A stretch of DNA of 29,093 nucleotides, taken from Actinomycetes bacterium. Lineage in GTDB: Bacteria > Actinomycetota > Coriobacteriia > WRKU01. The stretch is from contig WQXV01000001.1 in the NCBI GenBank assembly GCA_009781565.1, positions 1 to 29,093 on the forward strand, written 5' to 3'. Under the pieces are notes generated by a model. The model was given only the letters and a program-made list of their open reading frames with translations, was not told where the DNA came from and made no database searches. The translations under genes were made by a program, and so were the position numbers. Position 1 is the stretch's first letter, and every line of letters begins with the position of its first letter. This document shows, in pieces, positions 8,785 to 17,965 of this stretch.

Positions 8785-10154
8785 TGTCGTCGTCTGACTC
8801 GAGAGGTTTTTATCCGACCGGATTCGATGGTGGTGGGCCTCCTACGCTGATGATCTGTTCGTTTTGCGGTGATGTCGCGACCGGGCAGGTCTTCTGCGGG
8901 CAAGACGGCGTTTGCATGTGTGAGGCTTGTGCCGACTCGTTGATGCAGGTCCTTGGTGCGCATACCATGCCTGCGCATCTGAAAAGCATCGAAGGGGACC
9001 GCGCCGGTTCTGATACCCGCAAGGTCGCCGAACAGGTACTGCCAGAGGTCTTACCGACACCCAAAGAGATCCATGCACAGCTCGACCAGTACGTTGTAAG
9101 CCAAGAAGAGGCGAAGAAATACCTCTCGGTAGCGGTACACAACCACTACAAGCGCATCCTGCGTGGCGTGGGAACCGAAGACGAGGTCGAGCTTGCCAAG
9201 AGCAACATTCTGCTGCTGGGGCCGACCGGTACGGGAAAGACGTTACTGGCACAGACAATGGCCCGGGTGCTCAACGTACCGTTCGCGATCGCTGATGCGA
9301 CATCACTGACCGAGGCAGGTTATGTGGGCGAGGATGTCGAGAACATTCTGCTCAAGCTGCTCAGCGCCGCAGATTTCGATGTCGAGCGCGCTCAGGTCGG
9401 CATCATCTATATCGACGAGATCGACAAGATCGCGCGCAAGGCCGAGAATCTCTCGATCACCCGTGATGTCTCAGGTGAAGGAGTACAACAGGCGCTGCTC
9501 AAGATCGTCGAGGGCTCGATTGCCAGTGTGCCTCCCAAGGGAGGGCGCAAGCATCCCCACGAAGAGTTGATCACGATCGATACCAACAACATTCTGTTCA
9601 TTTTGGGTGGGGCGTTCGTCGGGCTTGATGACATCATCGCCAACCGCATAGGAAAGAAGGGTGTGGGCTTCTCCGCCGATCTGACCGGTCATGAGAAACG
9701 CGAGAGCGCTGAGTACTTCAGCGAGGTCCTTCCTGAGGATCTGCACGCGTTCGGCTTGATCCCCGAGTTCATCGGACGTGTTCCCGTGGTCACCGCGACC
9801 ACCGAGCTGACCAGTGATGATCTGATACGGATCCTGCGCGAACCCAAGAATGCGCTGGTCAAACAATACCAGACATTGTTCGGACTGGAAAACGTCACCT
9901 TGACCTTTGAGGATGACGCATTGGAAGCGATCGCCGAGCAGGCGCAAGAACGCGGGACCGGTGCGCGATCATTGCGTGCCATCTGTGAGACGATCCTGCT
10001 CGATCTGATGTATGAACTGCCCAGTGCACACGATATCGCAGAGGTCGTGATCACCAAAGACGCAGTCACCGGAGATGGTGAGCCGCGGGTGATCCGCACG
10101 ACCGAGGCAAAAGGTAATACCAAAAAGGGAGAACGGAAGGCAAAGGCGTCATGA
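8784..10154 (+). CDS. clpX: ATP-dependent Clp protease ATP-binding subunit ClpX
   Basis: N-terminal CSFC...CEAC zinc domain, [12 protein letters not shown] pore loop, [18 protein letters not shown] loop, RGTGARSLR. The ATG overlaps the clpP stop (TGATG). Confidence 0.96.
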   Translation: MSSSDSRGFYPTGFDGGGPPTLMICSFCGDVATGQVFCGQDGVCMCEACADSLMQVLGAHTMPAHLKSIEGDRAGSDTRKVAEQVLPEVLPTPKEIHAQLDQYVVSQEEAKKYLSVAVHNHYKRILRGVGTEDEVELAKSNILLLGPTGTGKTLLAQTMARVLNVPFAIADATSLTEAGYVGEDVENILLKLLSAADFDVERAQVGIIYIDEIDKIARKAENLSITRDVSGEGVQQALLKIVEGSIASVPPKGGRKHPHEELITIDTNNILFILGGAFVGLDDIIANRIGKKGVGFSADLTGHEKRESAEYFSEVLPEDLHAFGLIPEFIGRVPVVTATTELTSDDLIRILREPKNALVKQYQTLFGLENVTLTFEDDALEAIAEQAQERGTGARSLRAICETILLDLMYELPSAHDIAEVVITKDAVTGDGEPRVIRTTEAKGNTKKGERKAKAS

Positions 10155-12844
10155 ATGAGATGACCGCTCAGTACGAGCCGCATTCGATCGAACAATCGCT
10201 GTTCGAGGACTGGATCGATCAGAAGTATTTCCAGCAATCGGTCACAGAGGGCAAGACGACCGGCAAGGATCCCTATGTCGTCGTCATTCCTCCGCCCAAC
10301 GTGACCGGTTCCCTGCATATGGGGCACGCTCTGAACAATACGATCCAGGACGCTCTGATCCGCTACCACCGCATGACCGGTCGTCCGACGCGCTGGGTGT
10401 TGGGCACCGATCACGCCGGCATCGCGACTCAGAACAAGGTCGAGCAAAAACTGGCCAAAGAAGGTCTGACCCGCCAGGATGTGGGACGCGACGCGTTCAT
10501 CGAGCAGTGCTGGGAGTGGCGCGACGAGCATGGTTCGACCATCGTCGAGCAGCTCAAACGTATGGGCTGCAGTTGCGACTACGATGACGAATGGTTCACC
10601 ATGAACGAGTCGTACCAACGTGCGGTGCGTAAGACGTTCGTCGACTGGTTCGATCGTGGTCTGATTTATCGAGGTAACCGTATCATCAACTGGTGTCCAC
10701 GCTGTACGACCGCGCTCTCTGACATCGAGGTCGAGCACGAGGATCAGACCGGCGCCCTCTACTATGTCCAATATGAGCTCGAGAACCCGGCGACGCTGGG
10801 TGATGGGACGCAGATGACCCATGCAGTCGTTGCGACCACGCGCCCCGAGACGATGCTGGGTGACACTGCGATCGCAGTACACCCTGATGATGAGCGCTAC
10901 ACCGATCTGGTGGGCACCAACGCTATCCTGCCTTTGGTGGGTCGTGTGATACCGATCATTGCCGACGAATATGTCGATCCCGAGTTCGGGACCGGTATGG
11001 TCAAGATCACCCCCGCTCATGATCCCAACGACTTCGAGATCGGGCTGCGCCACGATCTACCCCAGATCAATGTGCTGACCGAAGACGCTAAGATCGTCTC
11101 CGACGATCCTGACTATGCGGCTTACGCAGGCATGGATCGCTTCGAGGCGCGCGACGCGGTCGTGCGCGATCTTCAATCCGGAGACTACCTGATCAAGACC
11201 GAGGAGCATCCTCATTCGGTCGGGCAGTGCTACCGTTGTGCGACCACGATCGAACCCTACCTCAGTGAGCAGTGGTTCGTCGATATGAAACCGTTGGCAG
11301 CGCCGGCCATCGAAGCGGTGCGTGACGGACGTGTCAAATTCCATCCCCAGCGTTGGGAGAACGTCTACTATCACTGGATGGAGAACATCCATGACTGGTG
11401 CATCTCGAGGCAGCTGTGGTGGGGCCATCGCATCCCGGTCTTTTACTGCGACGACTGTGGTGAGATGCTGGCGAGTGTTGAAGATCTGACCGATTGTCCA
11501 GAGTGCGGAGCGCCCCTGCGCCAGGATGAGGACGTACTCGATACCTGGTTCTCCTCACAGCTGTGGCCGTTTGCCACCCTTGGTTGGCCTGATGCGACCG
11601 AAGAGCTCAACTTCTTCTATCCGACCGCCACCCTTTCGACCGCGCGCGACATTCTGTTCTTGTGGGTAGCGCGCATGGTCATGAGCGGTATGGATTTCAA
11701 CGAAGGGCAGGTTCCCTTCGACGATGTCATCATCCATCCTACCGTCTTCAACAAGCAGGGCAAGCGGATGAGCAAGTCGCTCGGTACCGGAGTCGATCCA
11801 CTCGACCTGATGAAGGACTATGGTGCCGACGGTATGCGCTTCGGCTTGATGCTGCAGGTCACCGGGGTCCAAGATCTCAAGTTTGACGAGGAAAAGCTTC
11901 TGAGCAGCCGCAACTTCGCTAACAAGATATGGAATGCCGCACGGTTCGTGCTCATGAATGTGACCGATTTCACCCCCAGAGCACAGATGCCGCAATCAGA
12001 CAATGTCGCTGATCGCTGGATCCTGTCACGACTGGCCACGTTGGTCACCAACGTCGAGACCGGGCTTGAGGAGTTCCGCTTCGGAGAGGTCGCTCGCGAT
12101 CTCTATGAGTTCTTCTGGTCTGAATTCTGTGACTGGTACATCGAGCTGGCAAAGAGCCGCTTGCAAGGTGATGATGCGGAAGACCGCGCCCAAGCACAAG
12201 CGGTGCTGGTCTTCGTGTTGGACAATGCTCTGCGACTCCTCCATCCCTTCATGCCCTTTATCACCGATGAGATCTGGCGCAAACTGCCTCTGGATCACAC
12301 ACAGCTTCCGCCCTCGATCATGACCGCTCCGTGGCCTGACGCGGACGCGCTCTCCCGCTATCATGATGAGCACGCCCAGGACGCGATCGAGGTGCTCAAG
12401 GCGGTCGTGACCGCTACCCGTACCGTACGCGCACGCTATGGATTGAGCCCACGCACCGAACTCGAAGTGGCTATAAAAGCGCCGGAGCACTACGTGAAGC
12501 TTCTTGAAGAGAATAAGTCGCTGATCTCGACATTGGGTCGGGTCTCGCACTTGACGACGGCGACCGATACCACCAAGCCGGAAAACGCCAGTGTGACCGT
12601 CGCATCGGGACTTGAGATCTATATCCCCCTAGCAGGTCTGGTCGACCTCGATGCCGAGAAAGCAAAGCTGAGCAAAGAACGCGACAAGGTCGCCGCCGAT
12701 CTGGATCGCTTCAACAAGAAACTCTCCAACGAGGGATTCTTGTCGAAGGCAGCACCCGAGATCATCGAAAAGGATCGAGCTGCAGCAGACGATCTCAAGA
12801 CGAGCCTCGAGTTGATCGACGCTCAACTCGCTGAGCTGGGATAG
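10151..12844 (+). CDS. valS: Valine--tRNA ligase
   Basis: [59 protein letters not shown], and a C-terminal coiled-coil arm. Confidence 0.97.
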   Translation: MNEMTAQYEPHSIEQSLFEDWIDQKYFQQSVTEGKTTGKDPYVVVIPPPNVTGSLHMGHALNNTIQDALIRYHRMTGRPTRWVLGTDHAGIATQNKVEQKLAKEGLTRQDVGRDAFIEQCWEWRDEHGSTIVEQLKRMGCSCDYDDEWFTMNESYQRAVRKTFVDWFDRGLIYRGNRIINWCPRCTTALSDIEVEHEDQTGALYYVQYELENPATLGDGTQMTHAVVATTRPETMLGDTAIAVHPDDERYTDLVGTNAILPLVGRVIPIIADEYVDPEFGTGMVKITPAHDPNDFEIGLRHDLPQINVLTEDAKIVSDDPDYAAYAGMDRFEARDAVVRDLQSGDYLIKTEEHPHSVGQCYRCATTIEPYLSEQWFVDMKPLAAPAIEAVRDGRVKFHPQRWENVYYHWMENIHDWCISRQLWWGHRIPVFYCDDCGEMLASVEDLTDCPECGAPLRQDEDVLDTWFSSQLWPFATLGWPDATEELNFFYPTATLSTARDILFLWVARMVMSGMDFNEGQVPFDDVIIHPTVFNKQGKRMSKSLGTGVDPLDLMKDYGADGMRFGLMLQVTGVQDLKFDEEKLLSSRNFANKIWNAARFVLMNVTDFTPRAQMPQSDNVADRWILSRLATLVTNVETGLEEFRFGEVARDLYEFFWSEFCDWYIELAKSRLQGDDAEDRAQAQAVLVFVLDNALRLLHPFMPFITDEIWRKLPLDHTQLPPSIMTAPWPDADALSRYHDEHAQDAIEVLKAVVTATRTVRARYGLSPRTELEVAIKAPEHYVKLLEENKSLISTLGRVSHLTTATDTTKPENASVTVASGLEIYIPLAGLVDLDAEKAKLSKERDKVAADLDRFNKKLSNEGFLSKAAPEIIEKDRAAADDLKTSLELIDAQLAELG

Positions 12845-12845
12845 G

Positions 12846-14075
12846 GTGGCCGATATTTCCTCATCTGATGACCTGCGAGGGATCAACCCGTCGCTCGAGG
12901 TCATCAGTGCGCTCTGTGAACAACTCGATGATCCCCAGACACGCTTTGCTGCGGTCCAGGTGGTCGGGACGAATGGGAAGACCTCGACGACCCGCGTGAT
13001 CGAGGCTCTGCTGCGCGCCGAAGGTCTCCGTGCCGCCATGACGACCAGTCCCGCTCTGGTCGATGAATATGAGCGTATCCAGGTCGACGGAGCGCCCCTG
13101 ACACCACAGCAGTGGGAGAGGGCGCGCAATACGGTCGAGATCGCCTGGCGATCCGCCTCAAAGCAAAACCCTGCACTCCCACAGGCCTCAGACTTCGAGA
13201 TCGTCACCGCCATGGCTTTCAGCGAGTTCGCACAGCGTGACGTCGAGGCCGCTGTTGTCGAGGCAGGTATCGGCGGTACCTGGGATAGCACGTGCATCCT
13301 CAATCCCGCCGTCGTGGTCATCACCAGTGTTTCTTTAGAGCACACCGCCATACTGGGGGATAGTATCGAGGCGATCGCGCGAGATAAAGCAGGTGCGATC
13401 AAGCTGGGATCGACGCTCGTGCTCAGTGCAGGGGTTGTCGACCCTGAAGCTCGTCAAATCATCGAAGCGAGGGCTCATGAAGTCGGTGCGGTCATGTTGA
13501 CCCATCCGCTTGAAGCTCTGCCCGCAGAACTGCCAGCGCATATACCGACCTACCAGTATCCCAACATCGAGGCAGCGCTCACGGCTGCTGAGGCACTTCT
13601 TGGACGTGCGCTCTCACCCGATACCGTCCCTACAGTGCTCGAGACCCTTACGTTTCCCGGACGTTTCGAGGTATTGAGACGCAACAGCTCGGACAGACCT
13701 GTGGTGATCTTCGATGGTGCGCACAATCCTGAAGCAGCTCAGCTCCTGGCAGACACGATCATACGTGCCCTTGAGAGGGGTGAGCTGGGCGAGAATCCAC
13801 TCATTGCCCTTGGTGTCTATGCCGATAAGGACCTTGAAGGGATCATCAAGGCACTCGACCCGATCGCAGCGGGCTATCTCGCTGTAGAATCACCGAACAC
13901 GCAGCGCGCACTCTCCACGCATGATCTGATCGAAACTCTTTCGCAGGTAAGTGAAAAGCCTCTGCTCGATACGTGGGATGGTGTGACCCCTCTATTGATC
14001 ACGGGAAGCCTCTCCTTGTATGGAGCTGCTCAGAGGTTGTCGCAGAGCGTTCAGGCATTGAAAAGCGCCACTTAG
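12846..14075 (+). CDS. folC: Folylpolyglutamate synthase / dihydrofolate synthase
   Basis: P-loop GTNGKTST, EAGIGG..DST, PGRFE, DGAHNP. Canonical valS-folC linkage. Confidence 0.9.
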   Translation: MADISSSDDLRGINPSLEVISALCEQLDDPQTRFAAVQVVGTNGKTSTTRVIEALLRAEGLRAAMTTSPALVDEYERIQVDGAPLTPQQWERARNTVEIAWRSASKQNPALPQASDFEIVTAMAFSEFAQRDVEAAVVEAGIGGTWDSTCILNPAVVVITSVSLEHTAILGDSIEAIARDKAGAIKLGSTLVLSAGVVDPEARQIIEARAHEVGAVMLTHPLEALPAELPAHIPTYQYPNIEAALTAAEALLGRALSPDTVPTVLETLTFPGRFEVLRRNSSDRPVVIFDGAHNPEAAQLLADTIIRALERGELGENPLIALGVYADKDLEGIIKALDPIAAGYLAVESPNTQRALSTHDLIETLSQVSEKPLLDTWDGVTPLLITGSLSLYGAAQRLSQSVQALKSAT

Positions 14076-14115
14076 ATCAACGAGCGACAAGCTTGAGCGG
14101 CCCTCTGCACTAATT

Positions 14116-14124
14116 TGGTACAAT
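14116..14124 (+). promoter_or_regulatory. Extended -10 promoter candidate for the DivIVA / pseudo-peptidase unit
   Basis: TG-G-TACAAT about 40 nt upstream of GGAGGT and the ATG at 14163. Confidence 0.5.
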
Positions 14125-14162
14125 CTAACATCATACGCGACATAACGTCGGGAGGTCTGGCG

Positions 14163-14540
14163 ATGGAAAAAATTGCATTTCAAACGCAGGGTGAGGGGTA
14201 TGCGCCCCAAGAAGTCGATGCGTTTGTGAGCTTAATACTTGAGAACTACGAAGAGCTGCTCACACACTACCAAGAGCTGGAGAGTGAGATCGAGCCGCTC
14301 AAAACAAAGCTCGGACAGCTCAATGAGCCGCAACCGAGTGCGCCCGACTACAGTGCCGAAGCTCTCGAGTTACTCAGTGAAGCGACCAAGGTTTCCACTC
14401 AAGCGCGCAAGCAGACCAAAGCGCGCATCACCGCGCTCATAGATCAGGCTGCGCTGCATGTGTATCGACTTGAGGAATCGAGCGCGACCATGAAAGAAGA
14501 GCTCGATAAGATGTATGCCGCTCTCAATGAGCAGCTGTAA
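14163..14540 (+). CDS. Short DivIVA-domain coiled-coil protein (125 aa)
   Basis: F-x5-GY-x3-EVD-x-F motif of the DivIVA/GpsB N-terminus followed by a coiled coil. SD GGAGGT. Confidence 0.75.
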   Translation: MEKIAFQTQGEGYAPQEVDAFVSLILENYEELLTHYQELESEIEPLKTKLGQLNEPQPSAPDYSAEALELLSEATKVSTQARKQTKARITALIDQAALHVYRLEESSATMKEELDKMYAALNEQL

Positions 14541-14555
14541 GAGGGGATAACGATC

Positions 14556-15566
14556 ATGACGAAATTTGTTCCCCGCAGTACCGAGGATATCTATCTCGAT
14601 TATCTGCAAAAAGCCCAAGAAATGCGCATTGCCGAGAATCTCAAACAGCAGACCGAGGCTGTATCGGTACCGACTGAAGTAGCCCAGGTCACCGAAACGG
14701 CAACCGTCGTCGAAGTTGAGCAGGTCGCCCCTGTGGCGCAAGCTATTCCGATCGCCGAGAATGTCTATGAAGAGCACTTCGTACCTATCGAGGACGTTGA
14801 GCAGATCCTTGAGATACCGGTTGAGCAAGCTGCTGAAGCTCCGATCGAAGTACCAAGCGATGTCGCAGTCGCGGTAGAGCCTCTCGAGATCGAAGCGCCG
14901 GTGATCGAGGTGCCTCAGCAGGTACAGATCCCGGTGGCACAGCCGATTGAGATGGCGCCCAAACAGGTCGCTGCGGTATCAAAATTCGATAATCTGTCAG
15001 ACCAGCAGGAGCCTTCACGCATGCGTGCGCTTCTGCGTTTGCTCGGCACCTTGCTGTGGATCGCAACGATCCTGGCGCTGCTTTTGACCACCTTCGGTTT
15101 TCTGACCCGAAACAATCTGATCACCTCTTTCGGTGACTACGGCGTGTTCTACCAACGGAGTGCTGATATGGAGCCTGAGATCAAAGATGGCTCCTTGGTG
15201 ATCCTACAGAACCTCGATAGCGATGACGGTATTATCGGGGACGATATCATCTTTTCACGCAAGGGTGCGGTGACCGGGGATCCCGTCACGCTTCGCCGCA
15301 TCGTCAATGTGTTGCGAACCGAGTCAAAGACGACCTATGACACGATAGCACTGGCAGATCGCGACAACACCCACGAGCAGTTCGAAGAGGATTCAGTATT
15401 GATGCGGACACTTTTGACCATCCCCTATCTGGGCGGCATCATCGACTGGCTCACCGATTATGTCTGGCTCACCCTCGCGGCGTTCCTGCTCTCATTGCTG
15501 CTGATGCTGCTGTGCCGATCGAAACGTCACGTGATGGCGCCACAAGCCGAACTGCAGGCGTACTAG
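14556..15566 (+). CDS. Membrane protein: acidic low-complexity N-terminus plus a SipW/S26B signal-peptidase-like domain lacking catalytic residues
   Basis: TM helix, then FG..SADMEPEIKDGSLVIL..GDDIIF..TLRRIV..IPYLG and a second TM. This parallels B. subtilis SipW (FG..SGSMEPEFNTGSLILV..GDVITF..VTHRIV..LPYAG). Confidence 0.75.
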   Translation: MTKFVPRSTEDIYLDYLQKAQEMRIAENLKQQTEAVSVPTEVAQVTETATVVEVEQVAPVAQAIPIAENVYEEHFVPIEDVEQILEIPVEQAAEAPIEVPSDVAVAVEPLEIEAPVIEVPQQVQIPVAQPIEMAPKQVAAVSKFDNLSDQQEPSRMRALLRLLGTLLWIATILALLLTTFGFLTRNNLITSFGDYGVFYQRSADMEPEIKDGSLVILQNLDSDDGIIGDDIIFSRKGAVTGDPVTLRRIVNVLRTESKTTYDTIALADRDNTHEQFEEDSVLMRTLLTIPYLGGIIDWLTDYVWLTLAAFLLSLLLMLLCRSKRHVMAPQAELQAY

Positions 15567-15592
15567 AACAAGTAAGCGGGGGTAGCCCTGCA

Positions 15593-15601
15593 TGCTACAA
15601 T
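15593..15601 (+). promoter_or_regulatory. Extended -10 promoter candidate for the zinc-ribbon gene-thrS-birA unit
   Basis: TG-C-TACAAT about 40 nt upstream of the ATG at 15643. Confidence 0.5.
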
Positions 15602-15642
15602 GAATCGTTGAAAAGTGAGTTTATGGGACGGATAGGAATGAA

Positions 15643-16215
15643 ATGAGCGGATTACTTGCGCCTATTCTGAGCAGCGGGCTGTTCCAGGCAGCTTCTGCCA
15701 TCATCGGCATCATGTTTCTGGTCATCACCATCGCGATGGTCTATTGGCTCTACCGTGACGCAATCAAGCGCTCAGCCGGCGCCATCATATGGGGTGCGAT
15801 CGGACTGGTATGCGCGTTCATCGGCATCATCGCTGGTCTTCCCTTCATCAAATACGGTCTTGCCCTGGTGGGGTTGTTGCCTTTCTTCACCGTGATCTCA
15901 CTGGTGATCATCTACATGATCGTGCGTCCTGCCGAGTTCACCGCTGACGCCCAAGAACGTGATCTGAGCTTGCGCCTTCTGGATGCCGAGCTCGAGAACA
16001 AGGCCTGTCCCAAGTGTGGTACCGGCATCGATGGTGATTACCTGATCTGCCCCGAATGCCTCAGCGAGCTACGCGTCAAATGCGATTATTGCGGGCGTCC
16101 CGTCAAGCCCAACTGGCACGCTTGCCCCTACTGTCAATCGAAACGTCGAACAGCGAGCGACCGGCTCTCGGGTGTGGGTACCGGCTCGTTCGCAGATGTT
16201 GATTTCGACTTCTAA
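15643..16215 (+). CDS. Membrane protein with a C-terminal double zinc ribbon
   Basis: Three hydrophobic segments, a W-x-Y-x-DA-x2-R motif, then CPKC/CPEC/CDYC/CPYC. Confidence 0.85.
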   Translation: MSGLLAPILSSGLFQAASAIIGIMFLVITIAMVYWLYRDAIKRSAGAIIWGAIGLVCAFIGIIAGLPFIKYGLALVGLLPFFTVISLVIIYMIVRPAEFTADAQERDLSLRLLDAELENKACPKCGTGIDGDYLICPECLSELRVKCDYCGRPVKPNWHACPYCQSKRRTASDRLSGVGTGSFADVDFDF

Positions 16216-16233
16216 AGAAAAAGGACATAGCTC

Positions 16234-17964
16234 ATGAACCCCACTGACCTAGAACAACTACGTCACAGTACCTCCCACGTCATGGCAGAAGCCGTCGCCG
16301 ATCTGTTTCCCGCTACTTTGTTCGGCATCGGCCCAGCCATCGAGGATGGTTTCTACTACGATTTCGATACTGAGCGCGCCTTCACGCCCGATGACCTTGC
16401 CTCTATCGAGGAGCGCATGCACCAGATCGTCGCAAAGAAGCAACCGTTCGAGCGCAAAACGCTGGGTCTCGATGATGCACGCGAGCTCATGGCCGACCAG
16501 CCCTATAAGCTCGAGTTGATCGATGAGCACGCTGATGATGGGGAGATCAGCTTCTATACCTCCGGAGACTTCACTGATCTATGCCGCGGTCCGCACGTTG
16601 CAGATACCGGTGAGCTGGGTCATTTCAAGCTGACGAAAGTCGCCGGCGCCTACTGGCACGGTGATAGTGATCGGCCCATGCTGCAACGTATCTACGGGAC
16701 CGCTTGGCCGACCGCCGAGGAACTCAACGAGTATCTGAGGCGTATGGAGGAAGCCGAGAAGCGCGACCATCGCAAGCTGGGCCGTGAGCTCGACCTGTTC
16801 AGCTTCCATGAGGAAGCTGGAGCGGGACTACCTCTCTATCACCCCAAGGGCGCGCGTGTCATGCGCCTGCTCCAAGACTGGCTGCGCGAGGCACTCTATG
16901 AACGCGGCTATGTCGAGGCGATCACCCCGCATGTCTACAAATCCGATGTGTGGAAGCGCAGTGGGCACTGGGAGAACTACAAGGACAACATGTATTTCTT
17001 CGAGATCAACGACGGTGACGAGGATCATCCCAAGATCAACGAGTATGGCATCAAACCGATGAACTGTCCCGGACACCTGATGATCTATGCCGATGGACTG
17101 CACAGCTATCGTGAACTACCCATCCGCCTCTTCGAGTTCGGTACTGTCTATCGCCACGAGCTTTCCGGTGTGGTACATGGGCTGATGCGGGCGCGCAGTT
17201 TCACGCAAGATGATGCGCATATCTTCTGTACGGCAGACCAGGTCGCCGATGAGGTCAACGCGATGCTCGATCTGGTCGACTACATCATGAACACCTTCGG
17301 ATTCACCTATACTGCCGAACTTTCGACCCGTCCGGAGAAATCGATGGGCACCGATGAGACTTGGGAGTTCACGACAGGAATACTGAAGGATACCCTGGAC
17401 AAGCGCGGGATCGAGTATGCGATCAATGAAGGCGACGGTGCCTTCTACGGCCCCAAGATCGACATCCATCTGCGTGATGCGATCGGACGTACCTGGCAAT
17501 GCTCGACCATACAGTTCGACGCGCTCATGCCTGAGAAATTCGATCTGGAGTATCGTACCGCCGACAACAGTGTCGAACGTCCCTATATGCTGCATCGCGC
17601 GATCTTGGGATCGATGGAACGCTTCATGGGCATCTTGATCGAGCATTATGCCGGAGCACTTCCCGTCTGGCTCGCTCCGGTCCAAGCCACGATCATCCCG
17701 ATCAGCGACGATCAGCTCGAAGCAGCTCAAGGTGTCGCCGATGATCTCAGCTCTGCTGGAGTACGGGTCGAGATCGATTCGAGTGCTGAGCGCATGGGGG
17801 CAAAGATCGCAAAGGCGACCGCACAGAAGGTCCCCTATATGTTGATACTGGGTAAGCGCGAGATCGAGAATGGAACACTCTCGGTCCGTCACCGCACCGA
17901 TGGCGACCTGGGTACCAAAGGGCTCGATGAGTTCATCGAACTCGTCAACAGCGACAGACCGTAG
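16234..17964 (+). CDS. thrS: Threonine--tRNA ligase (no N-terminal TGS/N1 domain)
   Basis: Editing domain HSTSHVMAEA and DLCRGPH, RDHRKLG, KPMNCPGH, RSFTQDDAH, GAFYGPK, MLHRA, and an anticodon-binding domain. SD AAAGGA. Confidence 0.97.
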   Translation: MNPTDLEQLRHSTSHVMAEAVADLFPATLFGIGPAIEDGFYYDFDTERAFTPDDLASIEERMHQIVAKKQPFERKTLGLDDARELMADQPYKLELIDEHADDGEISFYTSGDFTDLCRGPHVADTGELGHFKLTKVAGAYWHGDSDRPMLQRIYGTAWPTAEELNEYLRRMEEAEKRDHRKLGRELDLFSFHEEAGAGLPLYHPKGARVMRLLQDWLREALYERGYVEAITPHVYKSDVWKRSGHWENYKDNMYFFEINDGDEDHPKINEYGIKPMNCPGHLMIYADGLHSYRELPIRLFEFGTVYRHELSGVVHGLMRARSFTQDDAHIFCTADQVADEVNAMLDLVDYIMNTFGFTYTAELSTRPEKSMGTDETWEFTTGILKDTLDKRGIEYAINEGDGAFYGPKIDIHLRDAIGRTWQCSTIQFDALMPEKFDLEYRTADNSVERPYMLHRAILGSMERFMGILIEHYAGALPVWLAPVQATIIPISDDQLEAAQGVADDLSSAGVRVEIDSSAERMGAKIAKATAQKVPYMLILGKREIENGTLSVRHRTDGDLGTKGLDEFIELVNSDRP

Positions 17965-17965
17965 T

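Noticed and set aside
9689-11053. 454-aa minus-strand ORF, and similar long antisense ORFs such as 4590-5318, 7852-8574 and 17116-18003
   Set aside because: They lie wholly opposite well-supported housekeeping genes, show no recognisable motifs, and are the expected shadow of GC-rich codon bias.
334-13378. Seven GCGATCGC (HIP1-like) octamers (334, 1815, 3229, 9285, 9927, 10868, 13371) and generally frequent GATC/CGATCG
   Set aside because: All lie in coding sequence and fit GCG-ATC-GCN (Ala-Ile-Ala) codon preference. A codon-shuffled control would be needed before claiming enrichment.
14680-15000. Tandem repeat or CRISPR-like array in the V/E/P-rich region
   Set aside because: The similarity is loose, at the amino-acid level and inside an ORF, with no fixed-length DNA repeat and spacer pattern.
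15576-15591. GC hairpin after the pseudo-peptidase gene as an intrinsic terminator
   Set aside because: The stem is short (GCGGGG/CCCTGC) and no T-tract follows.
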